Source of the DNA: Catajapyx aquilonaris
Taxonomy: Eukaryota
Assembly (NCBI GenBank): GCA_000934665.2
Contig: KZ539052.1
Location: 1-35,678 of the forward strand
Direction of reading: 5' to 3'
DNA length: 35,678 bases
In this document: piece by piece, positions 1 through 10,465 of the stretch
Position numbering within the stretch: position 1 is the stretch's first letter
Layout of the letters: every line of letters begins with the position of its first letter
Notes under the pieces: model-generated
What the model was told of the DNA's origin: nothing
The model's input: the letters and a program-made list of their open reading frames with translations, nothing else
The model's database searches: none
Position numbers and translations under genes: made by a program

Positions 1-344
1 GATGTGTCGATTCCGGGTCATTTCCACATGCGAAGCTCAAATATGAACTGACCTTGGCGACATTTTGTGTCAATTAGGCCCCACAGGCGCCATTTTCCAA
101 GATGGCGGCCTGATGTATTCTGTAAACTCGGAGCTAGTCGAAGCGGTACACAAAAATATGCTGCAAAATCTTGCAGAAAGCAAGCCACTTTGCACAGACG
201 TACATTTTGTGAGACTTCTCAGATCTAATATAATAGCAATTATTTTTTCAGTACAAGATATTCAGGAGAAGAAAATTAGCTATAATTTCTGGCTGCAGCG
301 ATCGCAAGGAATGTGGTAAGGACACGAAGCACGTGTACTATTCT

Positions 345-925
345 CTTACGGGTGCATATCCCCACCTAAGGGCTTCAGTTGAAATCCAATATGGTGCTTG
401 TCTGGTCTCAGAAAGCATGATTCGAGATTTTTAGTGTCATTTTTGGTTTCAGTGACAGCAAATTATATGTAATCGACACCTCACAAGCCACACATCATAT
501 GCAAATACCTTTAGACATTTCCCGATAGGATAATTTCAAAATGGCGGCCATAGGTCACAAACTAGTGACCTTCTGACCTTCTGAATATGACCAATCGTCT
601 TAGCGACCTCGAATTATTATGCTGCAAGGATACCAAACACGTCTAATACTATTCGCTTACGGGTGCACATCCCCACCAGAGGGTATAAGTTGAAACCCAA
701 TTTGGCGCCCCACAGGTCACCGGATGCATGGTTCCGAATTTTTATTGTCGTTTTCGGTTTCAATGACATCAAATTATATCTAAACGATACTTCACATGCC
801 ACCTTTTAGTCCGAGATTAGATATAACCCAATAGGGTACGTAATTTCAAAATGGAGGTCATAGGTCACAAACTAGTGACCTTATGACCTCCTGCATGTTA
901 CCAATCGACTTGTCGACCTCGAAAT
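345..925 (+). repeat. Diverged ~310-bp tandem duplication inside the transposon spacer
   Basis: CTTACGGGTGCAyATCCCCACC at ~346 and ~656; GGTCACAAACTAGTGACCTT at ~553 and ~863; CGACCTCGAA near 604 and 914. Confidence 0.85.
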
Positions 926-1616
926 ATGCGGAAATGACACCAACATTGCCATGAACAGGCAATTGGGAATTTACAAAGAATATATTACTTTCTTTTTCAA
1001 AAATGGCCTGCATTTGACCCCACAAGGTCAGGGGTCAGGGTGCTGTGGGTCAAATTGATCGTCTTGGTCTATGGAACGTCTGTGCAAAGTGGCTTGCTTT
1101 CTGCAAGATTTTGCAGCATATTTTTGTGTACCGCTTCGACTAGCTCCGAGTTTACAGAATACATCAGGCCGCCATCTTAGAAAATGGCGCCTGTGGGGCC
1201 TAATTGACACAAAATGTCGCCAAGGTCAGTTCATATTTGAGCTTCGCATGTGGAAATGACCCGGAATCGACACATCACATTCGCTTCTAGGACAATTTGA
1301 GGTGTATACAATAAAAGCCGCCATTTTGGAGAATGGCGCCTCTGGGGCAGAAATAATTCAAGATGGCGCATTGGTATGGCCAAATTCGAGTTTAGCGACC
1401 TTAAATCATGCGGAATCGACACCCCGCATTCATGAGTACCCCAAAAAGCAACACTTTTCGAAATTGTCGTCCATTTTGAAAAGATGGTCGCCATTTTGAA
1501 TCCTCCGGGTCAAATTGAACCTTATGGTGTTAGGAACAAGTGTGCAAAGTGGCTTGCTTCTATCATCAAATGCGGTTTTTTCTGTCATTTTACTTGTACC
1601 GCTCCCACTAAAAGAA

Positions 1617-1948
1617 GAGTCAAAATTTATTGAGTTTTCCAGTATTACGCCTCCATCTTGGAAAACGTCCGCCATCTTGAATCCTAAGGGATAAACCTTC
1701 CGGTTCCTCGGGTGAAATCAATTAAAAGGGTCCAAGGTATCACTCTGCAAAGCAATTAGCTTTCATCATGAAGTGCAGAAGTACAAAGACGAGTCAAAAT
1801 TGAGTTTTACAGTATTACGCCTCCATCTTGGAAAACGTCCGCCATCTTGAATCCTAAGGGATAAATCTTCCGGTTCCTCGGGTGAAATCAATTCAAAGGG
1901 TCTAAGGTATCACTCTGCAAAGCGGTTTGCTTTCATCATTAAATGCAG
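1617..1948 (+). repeat. Near-identical ~170-bp tandem duplication
   Basis: GAGTCAAAAT...CAGTATTACGCCTCCATCTTGGAAAACGTCCGCCATCTTGAATCCTAAGGGATAAA...GCTTTCATCAT occurs at 1617-1778 and 1791-1948. Confidence 0.95.
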
Positions 1949-1984
1949 GTTCCCCTGAAAAAATCGTTCGAACCGCTTCCACTA

Positions 1985-2728
1985 CTACGCGGAACGGTAA
2001 TCCCAGGGCGAGGAGTCAAAGTGTGGGAATTCAAATAGTGCGCTAGAAGCTGGCCGTCCGCCAGCGACGCCCTCGGGACCTTGGGAACTGGATGGCTGCT
2101 CCCGCCTGCCCGCGCGCTTAGGCCCATCCCAGAGCGGTGCAGCCCTCCAGTTCCCCTGTTCCCCGCGTGGCGGCGCCGCTCATTAGCAGACGACACACTT
2201 TGACATCTCGCCCTGGGATTACCGTTCCGCGTAGCGAAAAACGAATTGTACCGTCGGATTGGGGCCGTCCATAATCCGCGCGGACAAGTGAAGGGGGGGA
2301 GGGGGGTTGCACTTTGTCCGCTTTTGTCCGTACAGGGGGGTGGGGGTAGAAGTCAGTTGTACGCGCGGACAATAAACGTCAAATGAATATTAAGGACTCG
2401 GCCGTTTTTTTAGTCAGGCCTCTCAAATATATACCGTAATGCCTCGGAAAAAAGGAATCTGTGTGTAGATATCAAAAAATAAAAAATACCAATATATTGA
2501 AAATAACACTTTCAGTATGGCGAAGCGGGGGCAGGGGGGGGGGTCAAGGAGGCCATGTCCGCGCAATTTTTAGGGGGGGAGGTAAGAAATTGTCCGCTTC
2601 TGTCCGCAAAGGGGAGGGGGGGAGGTAAAAAAGTGAAAAAATCTGTCCGCGCGGATTATGGACGGCCCCATTCAGGATTTTTTGCCCGATTTTTAGAGCC
2701 AAACTTGCTTTTTGAGTGGAGTGTCCCT
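1985..2728. mobile_element. Right part of a Kolobok-type (TTAA) palindromic element with a GC-rich internal inverted repeat
   Basis: 28-bp perfect IR CTACGCGGAACGGTAATCCCAGGGCGAG at 1985-2012 / 2207-2234, extending to 41 bp with 2 mismatches. It ends ...GTGTCCCT followed by TTAA (2729-2732). The left end is not in the window. Confidence 0.55.
2261..2669. mobile_element. MITE with GGGG termini and 3-bp TSD (Zator- or PIF/Harbinger-type)
   Basis: 26-bp perfect TIR GGGGCCGTCCATAATCCGCGCGGACA; ATT directly on both sides (2258-2260, 2670-2672); internal TGTCCGC repeats and G-runs. Confidence 0.9.
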
Positions 2729-2742
2729 TTAAGGTAAACGAG

Positions 2743-2854
2743 AACTAACTGTGCGAAGGAACCAATAATTGGTTCCTTCGCACAGTTAGTTGTGACAAGC
2801 GAATCAAACACTATGCCTCAATTATTGAGGCATAGTGTTTGATTCGTTTGTCAC
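2743..2854. repeat. Two abutting near-perfect palindromes
   Basis: 2743-2791 has perfect 24-bp arms and a 1-nt centre. 2792-2854 has 31-bp arms with one G.T mismatch and a 1-nt centre. Confidence 0.95.
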
Positions 2855-3427
2855 CATTTTTGGTTGTCCCTGACATTTTCCAAAGTAGGCCTTATAGGAA
2901 TGCGCTGGTTTACTGCTTTATGCCTCCCACAGGGCAACTACTGGAGTTGCCCACTCGGGTCATTCGACCATTTGTAATTTATAGGCAGATCGTAATGTTT
3001 CTGTACGTTCCAGTTTGCTCATTTCTTATGTCACTATGATGTGGCTATGTCCGACTGTCACATTTCTTGTCAAAAAATAATAAAAAAACATACATGTTTG
3101 TTTTGAACTTATTTCACATTGAGAGTGAACGTGTCAGTTATTATTTCACACTCCTTGATACATTTAAACTCTTATCCGCGCTTACAGAATTCTAAATATA
3201 GTGAACCCGGTCTATGTTGGACACTGACTATGACGGTTCCAAAGAAAAATAATGTCAAACATAGGGAGGTGTCTAGCATGTTAGGATTTCAATCTCTCCG
3301 ATTTCATACTGCAGTACAGTAATGTACGAGTAATCCTCCAATAATCAACTTTCAATGCGTTTTCTTATTTTTGGTACAGTACTGCACAGTGTACATGCCA
3401 TTTCCGAAACAGGACTATACTTTTTGG

Positions 3428-3731
3428 TTATAATAAATCGGTAACAAGCGACTGTTTTAATTACCACCTTTTCTTTCGTTAGAGAAATTTCCAATTTCTT
3501 TCGAGCAGCAAAATGTCGTCAATAAGGATGGCATGCCAGAGCATAGCTAAAGTTGTAATTTTTTAAAGCACTCAAGGGCATCCGGATGAGAGGGGAAACC
3601 AGGTTTTACAGCGCCATTATCTTCTGATGATTTGCTTTGTGTATCCTGCAACACCTGATTCAGCGCCTCATCTGCATTGCTACCATATTCATCCTCCGTT
3701 GTCAGGATGTTGTCATACAGTTGACAATGTC
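3428..3731 (-). pseudogene. Frameshifted C-terminal fragment of a Tigger/pogo (CENP-B-like) transposase
   Basis: Manual minus-strand translation across frameshifts gives DIVNC/DNILTTEDEYGSNADEALNQVLQDTQSKSSEDNGAVKPGFPSHPDALECFKKLQL*...KQSLVTDLL*. This resembles the Tigger C-terminus (..VNCDD.L.T.E..acidic..PS..EAL..KQxxITDFF). Confidence 0.65.
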
Positions 3732-3986
3732 ACTTGATGACATGAAGGCATGCTTCGCAAATGATAGTAGCTCTCAGCATGGCTCAAGTTTTTAGAAAAA
3801 ACGAGGACACACATAGAGTAAAATAATGTGAACGTAGTAGACTACTGTACTTGTTCAAGAGAGGGGGTAAAATGTGTCCAACTTCCAAGATAGACAGGTA
3901 TCCAACTTAGCAACATTGCAAGGGACAGGCTTTTTGGCGGTTCCAAAAATAATGTCCAACATGTCCGGAGGTGGCCAACATATTAA

Positions 3987-5040
3987 AGGAAGGGTTCAGT
4001 GATTTTGCATGTTTGGCTTCAAAGATCAAGGAAGACTCCCTGGTTCCAAAAATATGGTTAGTTTTTGTATCTGACGCCGCGTAAGCAAATGCCGTTAGGT
4101 CGAAGGCGCAATCCGCTACAGTAGTATTCGCTACGGTAATCGTACAGCTAGCGCAGCCCACGGAGATCCCGGTAAGCTGCAAGGACAAGGACCCAATGAG
4201 ATTGGCGTACCGTACCCACGAAGTCAATTTGTGGGATACAGTTGCCCTTTCTGGCGGGCGGGAGGCGGGAGGGTACTAGTCGGTGGGGGCAGCGGGCTGT
4301 GTCGCAAAGTCAAGGATAAAGGATAGGCGTGTATATCCGCTGAAGATAGGTCTGTATCCGCAAGGAAGGTTAGGCTTGGTTAGGTTAGGTTGGTACAGCA
4401 TACCCCTTCCTAAATAAAATAAAAAAATCAATCCTTGCCTTTGCGACACAGCCAAGTTGCCCCCAGCCACCACTCACCCTGCCGCCTCCCGCACGCCAGT
4501 AGGGATTATATTCTTTCCAATTTTTTAACTAGGAAGTGGTTGGATCACTTGCCCCTTCTCCGATTCCGTCACATGCGGCCCAGATGTGGGCAATGTAATC
4601 CTCTTAGTCTCTCTCCGGATTATACCTCGCGACACTACACATCTTGGTAAGTCTCGAACTCTTACGGAAGTATCCAGCCGTGGGTATCACTCGGCCGCAT
4701 GGTCCGATCACTAGCGCCCCTCTCTCCCACTCGCCTTCCCTCTGCCCTGCCCTTCTCATCCTCCCCTGCATTGGCACCCGGAGCAGGTTCCACTCGGGTT
4801 GAAAACACAAAAACCTGACTTGCACGTGGTTTGTCGCTATGGGGGCGGCCATCTTTTTCTCGTCATTGCCGCTAGAGGGAACCCGCGTGTTCGGCGCTGA
4901 TTTTGAAGAAAAAAAAATCGTTTTGATTTGAAATTTTACGCTTACCAATTACATTTGCTACCAAAACGGACCGGATATTCAGAATCAGGGAGTCCTGCTT
5001 GATATGCAAAATCAACATGCAAAATCACTGAACCATTTCT
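3987..5040. mobile_element. Kolobok-type non-autonomous element, 1054 bp, TTAA TSD
   Basis: TTAA at 3983-3986 and 5041-5044. The 27-bp TIR AGGAAGGGTTCAGTGATTTTGCATGTT vs AGAAATGGTTCAGTGATTTTGCATGTT has 2 mismatches, with further similarity (GACTCCCTG / CAGGGAGTC). Purine-purine termini plus TTAA fit Kolobok rather than piggyBac. Confidence 0.8.
4251..4499. repeat. Internal GC-rich inverted repeat (~68-bp arms) enclosing a (TTAGG)n-like tract; possible nested MITE
   Basis: CTGGCGGGCGGGAGGCGGGAGGGT...GGCTGTGTCGCAAAGTCAAGGAT (4251-4317) pairs with 4431-4499; AGGTTAGGCTTGGTTAGGTTAGGTTGG at 4367-4393. Confidence 0.8.
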
Positions 5041-5334
5041 TTAAGCTTAAGGTGTCTAACTTGACAGATATAACTGTACCATAACACTGGTCAACAGTGA
5101 TTTAGGCACATAAACCATTTTAGCCGTTTCTAATGCATCAATATGCGCTGATTCCGAATATGAAGTCAAAATGTGTCCATCACCCTCCATTTTTTACTAT
5201 GATTGCATGGAAGATTTCTTGCCACCCTAATGATTCAACATCACCTTATGTCAGATTGTCATGCAATTTCAAAAAGTGCAATTGTTATGCTATACTGAAC
5301 CTAAAGGTAGGCTACTGTAGCACTAGCATGCATT

Positions 5335-5555
5335 ACCGAAGCAGGTTGGCATAGTGGATAAGGCGTCCGACTGCTAATCGGGAGTTCCTGGGTTCGAATC
5401 CCGGGGCCGGCAACCTTGACCGTGGTTTTCTGTGGTTTTCCACGGTCTTTCTAGGATAATTCCGGGGTTTCTTCCGTATAATAGGCCACAGCCGCTTCCT
5501 TCCTTCCCTATCCTTGGAGGTTGAAAGGCAATGCTGGGCCAACCTCCTTAAAATA
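5335..5555 (+). mobile_element. tRNA-derived SINE (family 1) with a conserved invertebrate-type central domain
   Basis: A box TGGCATAGTGG (5347-5357), B box GGTTCGAATCC (5391-5401), and an anticodon-like stem-loop TCCGA-CTGCTAA-TCGGG. The body GGTTTTCTGTGGTTTTCC...AGGCCACAGCCGCTTCCTTCC resembles the conserved (Nin/Deu-like) core of insect SINEs; the domain name is from memory. Confidence 0.85.
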
Positions 5556-5835
5556 TATCACTTATGTAGCATGCATTTGCTAATTTTTTGATCTGCAGCA
5601 TTGTAAAAACCGGTATAATTATGTACAATTTTTTAAAAATATACGGTACAGTAGGTATCAGTGTAACGCCGCATATGATGCAGTATCACTGATGGCACTC
5701 TTTCTCTCTGTGGCTTCGTATTTCATATAGGCCTACGGTATTTGACATTCCTACCTGCTTTCTCTGAAGAAATTTATTCAAGATCGATGACTGTCTGAAG
5801 TAACAAAAATTCGATTGTCAAGACAGCTGCAGGTA

Positions 5836-6752
5836 GAGTATAGAGTGGGGGTAAAAGTGCGCATTGGGGTTTTTGCTGGGTTTTTGGTTGTTTCCAAATT
5901 AATACGCTAAGTTGGAAACACTGAGTCAGTCTGCATACAAGGTGTCATGGCACATTGCCCTCATACGGAGTCACAGCCAGATTGAATAAAGAAAACCGTT
6001 GAAGCCATAAGAATGATAATATTCATTTTTCATATTTGTGATATAATATTTCGATTTCTTGCAAACTGTATTGCGCAACTAAATGTGAACTTAAGTAAAT
6101 AATTCTCAAGGCGTTTTAATAATCCAGTTTCTGGGTTGTGACATGGACATATTAGACATTTTCAATTGTTCTCCGTACTGGCAGCATGTGCCGGAGACCA
6201 AGAAAATGTCTCGTGGGGCAAAAGTTCGCATGCTAACTTTATGAGAGGTGTCCGACTTTTGTTTTTAACTTTTTTTTTTCAACGGATAATCCGCACCCGG
6301 ATAATCGGGAGTACAGTGTACTCCATTTGAGGACTGGATCATGTGTAAGGCATGCGAAGAGTATAGTGGCATGGAATGTGTCCCTGTTAGATTTCATATG
6401 TGACAAATTTAAATATAGACTAAATATCCTTTCTCATGTAACTTTCGATGTATTTTTATTATACGATGTTTTATTACATTGTGTTTTACATCATTTATGT
6501 AGTTCTTTCAAATCCCTTGTTATTTGCGAACTTTGGCCCCACCATAAGCGCACTTTTGTCCCACCGTTTTGGTCGTTGTTTACAAAAGAAATAATTACAG
6601 TAGATGAAATTTATCCGAATTAAAATAAAAGTCCTAGTGTATTTGAAAGAAATTTGAAGATTTTGAGACATAAATTTTGAGGTTCTGACATTTTTTTATA
6701 AACGAGATATATGGGATCAAAAATAAGTGCGTACTCTTGCCCCATTCTACTC
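5836..6752. mobile_element. Decayed TA-flanked pogo-type non-autonomous element
   Basis: Ends TA|GAGTA(TA)GAGTGGGGGTAAAAGTGCGCA and TGCGTACTCTTGCCCCATTCTACTC|TA; internal copies of GTGGGGCAAAAGTTCGCA at ~6213 and inverted at ~6525 and ~6549. Confidence 0.65.
6282..6320. mobile_element. Tigger-like terminal fragment
   Basis: CGGATAATCCGCACCCGGATAATCGGGAGTACAGTGTA, similar to CGGATAATCGGGGTTCTACTGTA at ~30626-30648. Confidence 0.5.
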
Positions 6753-9700
6753 TAAGTGGATACGTACATTTTAATTGACGAATGTTAATGACAGTCCTTG
6801 TTTGCACCTTTGCACCTTTCAATTATTATGTGTCAATATGTCCAGATAAGAAACATGCTAGAACCTGCACATAATACCATTTTGCTTCCATTTCAAATAT
6901 TTCCAAATTGTGCTTTTTCAATGCTGCATGGTCAAAAAAAGCCAGGAGATCAATGGTTTTGCTGTCAAACAATGCGTATTGGCTCTTGTACTGTGTACTG
7001 TACGTACCCTATTCCATTGCCACCACAACTAAAAATAGCCAAAAGTGTGACAGAGAGCTCCAAAAATCTGCAAATATTATGCCATTGTAACTGTTATCTC
7101 ACAGAATCAGTTAAATAGAACCCTGCTCTACATTTAACGTATAGCAGATATTTTTCAGTAATCTAAACCTCAGTGTGCCATTTTTCTGCTGTCAAAAATG
7201 AACCTTGGTTCCATGTATATTAAAGCAGCAAGGATTAATCCCTAAGATTATTCATTCGCTACATGTTCGTAGCCTGTAAGATGAGGCCGATAATAATACG
7301 CATATGCGTAATGTAGCATGAACACTTATTTACATGGGAGTTTATTATTGGTTAACGAGCATACCGATACAATACAACCTCAATGCTTAATAAAAGTATG
7401 CTCTTGAAACTGCAACACATTCTACGAGTAGAAGTAAATTAGTGCGAAAGGAAGGTGTAAAGGTGATTATGTATATTGTAGACTATATGTAGGTAGAAAG
7501 AAGCCCCAAGGTACGGCCCTAAATCCTTCATGAGCCGGCTTATACGGAGGGGGGGGGGGGGGGNGGGGCAAACAGAAACAGAAGAAACGCCGTTCACTGC
7601 CAGAAGACCTGCACAGACCACCCAATGAGTGTAGCCTATTAGGCTATACTACTTTCCACTGACCAATACTGCTACCACATTATACAGTGTATAGGCTACA
7701 TGATCGGAAGCATGGACGGTATCTTAATATCAACACCATACACTTTACCGAATGTCAGAAGTGATTTATGAGAGTTAGAATATTTCATCTAAAATTAGTT
7801 TGGATCAACTAGATCACATTTTTTTGCATGTGGAACAGGTGACAGAAAAAGCATCAAGCTGTCAATATAATATTGCTATCAGATATAAGTTGTCTTTTCA
7901 TCAGTTGGATGAAGATCTTAAACACACTGTACAAGGGTTCTGCGAGATTTTAAAATCTACGTGCTTTTCAGGAGGTCCGTTGACTTCCTCCTCTAGCGAA
8001 TACTCGTAATATTTGTTGAGGCAGGTGCAGAGCATAATACCTGTAGGGTAGATTAAATCGTTGAAAATATCTTACCACTAATACCCCCTTAGACAAAACA
8101 TGATGTCGTAATATTGCGAATATTACCAAAATTAGGTTCCAGATGGTTATTTATATGGCAAAATCCATTAATTGCTCCATAAGTATTTCGCATTCAATGG
8201 TATTACTAGGATCAAATATCAGAAACTGAGGTTGTTTACTGACCTTTCATTTGTTGGATGAATTGATGATCCTTTTCTATTTTATTCCTATATAAAATCC
8301 GCGGCGTTATATTTATTTTATTTCATGAGCTATAAGCGCGAAATTCAAACCTAAACAAAATACGGAATCCCTAACAAACTATGAGGCATTCCGCTTCTTA
8401 CTCAACAATTTTTATTTATTTTGATATGCAACATCGGTTTCAACATTAACATTACAATAACTAACGACCACATTGAATTGCTCTAAATCCTTATAATCAG
8501 CTTAAACTCACATGATGCCCTTATTACCCCCCAAAAAATCACAGGATCCTTCAAACCTGGTCCTACCCCACTGAATGACATCCCAAAAAAATCAGTGCCC
8601 GTCCCCTACCGACCGGCGACCCTCAGGGGAAACATGTACCTCTCGCATACACACATATCCGGGGGTTTGGCAGGTGGTAGGGAAGTGAACGGGCAGGGGG
8701 TGGGTGGTGGGGGGGAAGGCAACACAAAATTCATCGATCACACGTCCCGGAGTCAGCTGCAGCTCAGGAATGCTGTTGATTCATTAATACCTAATGAACA
8801 ATCAAACCTCCCTCCAGCATAGCTCATGTTGACATTGCTGTACAGCCAAAGCTGAAAGGTGGCAAAGCCCGAAGCGCATTGATAGTAGTGCGGCTGCTGG
8901 TGGTGGTGGCCCCAGTCCTACCCCCTCCCACCCCATACCCCCCCCCCCTCCCCGACATGAAATTTACCCACCGCGCATCTATGTATGTCGAGGATTGGTG
9001 GGGAGAGGAGGGGAGGGGGAGGGGGAGGGGGAAGCCAAAAAGGTACACAATTTCAGGCCTATGTGCACTTCATCTGCATTGAAACGCATAAAAAAATCAG
9101 GGCTGGAAATGTTTCATGTGTTCACGCTAGGCTTGCCGACGTGCCTGCCTGCGAGTATATACACCTATATGGCTCCAGGCCCTTTTTGCATTGTGGTGTA
9201 GGCAGCTGGATAGGTACAGTACGTTGGACCTCATCCATCCACCACCCACCTTGCCTCCACCACCAATTCCCCTCTCTCCTCTTTGCGTCCGTCGCACTTT
9301 ATGATTTCGGGTCACTCCTTGCCACCTACTCATATTCACCTCATACAGTATATTGCTCAACTCCTACGATTCATTTTTACCACAATAAATAAATATATTT
9401 GGACATGTCTCAGCTGTCAGGGGACCTTTGGTGAGAAAGCTAAAAGATCTTCCCAAAAAGGGACTTCCCAAACCATTGAAGACTGTTAATTTTGGCACAT
9501 AATTGCAATTGTATGACTTAGCCGAAGCCCTTAACCGACCAATATATGAATGTCTTTCTCTTTTTCTTGGGATGATATTGCGGGAATTGAATTGACTAGT
9601 GACACAGTCATGATGCCAAGATAAATTAGTGGTGTACACTGATGATCGTAAAAACTCACATAAATGCTCATTCGTATAGCTATCGTAGCAAATTATCAGC

Positions 9701-10323
9701 TAGAATTAGCACTAGTGCTAACGTAGCAACGAATTATTATTTATTATTAGCAACAATGAATGTAACAATGGCAAGGATAAATCCATTTCATAGTCTACCC
9801 CCAGTACTGCAGCTGAGCCTCAGAATGTGATTATATTAATTTTTATGCGGATATTGTAGCAATCAATGTAGAATGAACTTGTAAATTATGCGAATTACGG
9901 TTGCAAATTATGTTTGCATTACAGGCTCAGTAGTTCAAAAGTATTTGAAATTAATTGTGTAAAAATATGACAGCAGTTTCAAAATGCAAGATATATTAAT
10001 TTATATGACACTATCAACTGCAATGGACTGATTATAAACTCTTTGTCACAAATTAGATCAATTGATAGGGGCAAAATAATATTCTTCCACCATAAATATT
10101 AAAATGTTTGCTTTACACTTTGGGAGTAAGTTTTCAAATTCCAAGTAATTCTGCAAGTAATAAAATACCGGTAGTCTTGTAAATGTATATAATATGCACC
10201 GGTAAGCGTAGAAAACAGAAAACTTATCAGTTGATGAGATAGCCTCAATTAATCGATAGATGACAAAATCGACTTATCTTCCACTCACAAAATAAACTTT
10301 CTCTCTTGCAGCGAATTGATGTA

Positions 10324-10465
10324 CAGTGATGGTCATATATCGAGGCAACCGCCAGCGACATTTTCATCTTGCTCCCCCATGCTTGAAGTATGCTTATCTT
10401 CGATTCGTTCTTCTGCCGCTTCGGAAAATGTCGCTGGCGGTTGCCTCGATATATGACCAACACTG
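10324..10465. mobile_element. Young Tc1/mariner-type MITE, 142 bp, TA TSD
   Basis: 42-bp TIR CAGTGwTGGTCATATATCGAGGCAACCGCCAGCGACATTTTC with 1 mismatch; TA at 10322-10323 and 10466-10467. Confidence 0.92.

Larger units (their letters stand above)
1..1984. mobile_element. Large modular non-autonomous DNA transposon (Academ-like), left end outside window
   Basis: 1-201 is the reverse complement of 1076-1276 with 1 mismatch. Terminal-type modules TGCAAAG..GCTTTCATC..AAATGC..CCGCTYCSACTA end at 1142, 1610 and 1984, and GCCATYTT motifs are dense. The Academ call is inferred from the TAG..CTA termini. Confidence 0.6.
3199..5076 (-). mobile_element. Decayed Tigger/pogo element, interrupted by a Kolobok-type element
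   Basis: Degenerate TA-flanked ends TA|TAGTGAACCCGGTCTATGTTGGACAC and GTGTCTAACTTGACAGATATAACTG|TA; subterminal TGTCCAAC-like repeats at ~3874-3978; transposase C-terminal relic inside. Confidence 0.55.

Noticed and set aside
5340..5411. tRNA-Ser(GCT) gene
   Set aside because: It lacks the long variable arm and a proper acceptor stem, and continues into a SINE body.
7900..8050. Possible minus-strand exon after CCCTACAG acceptor
   Set aside because: Poor polypyrimidine tract, no convincing donor site, and no recognisable peptide.
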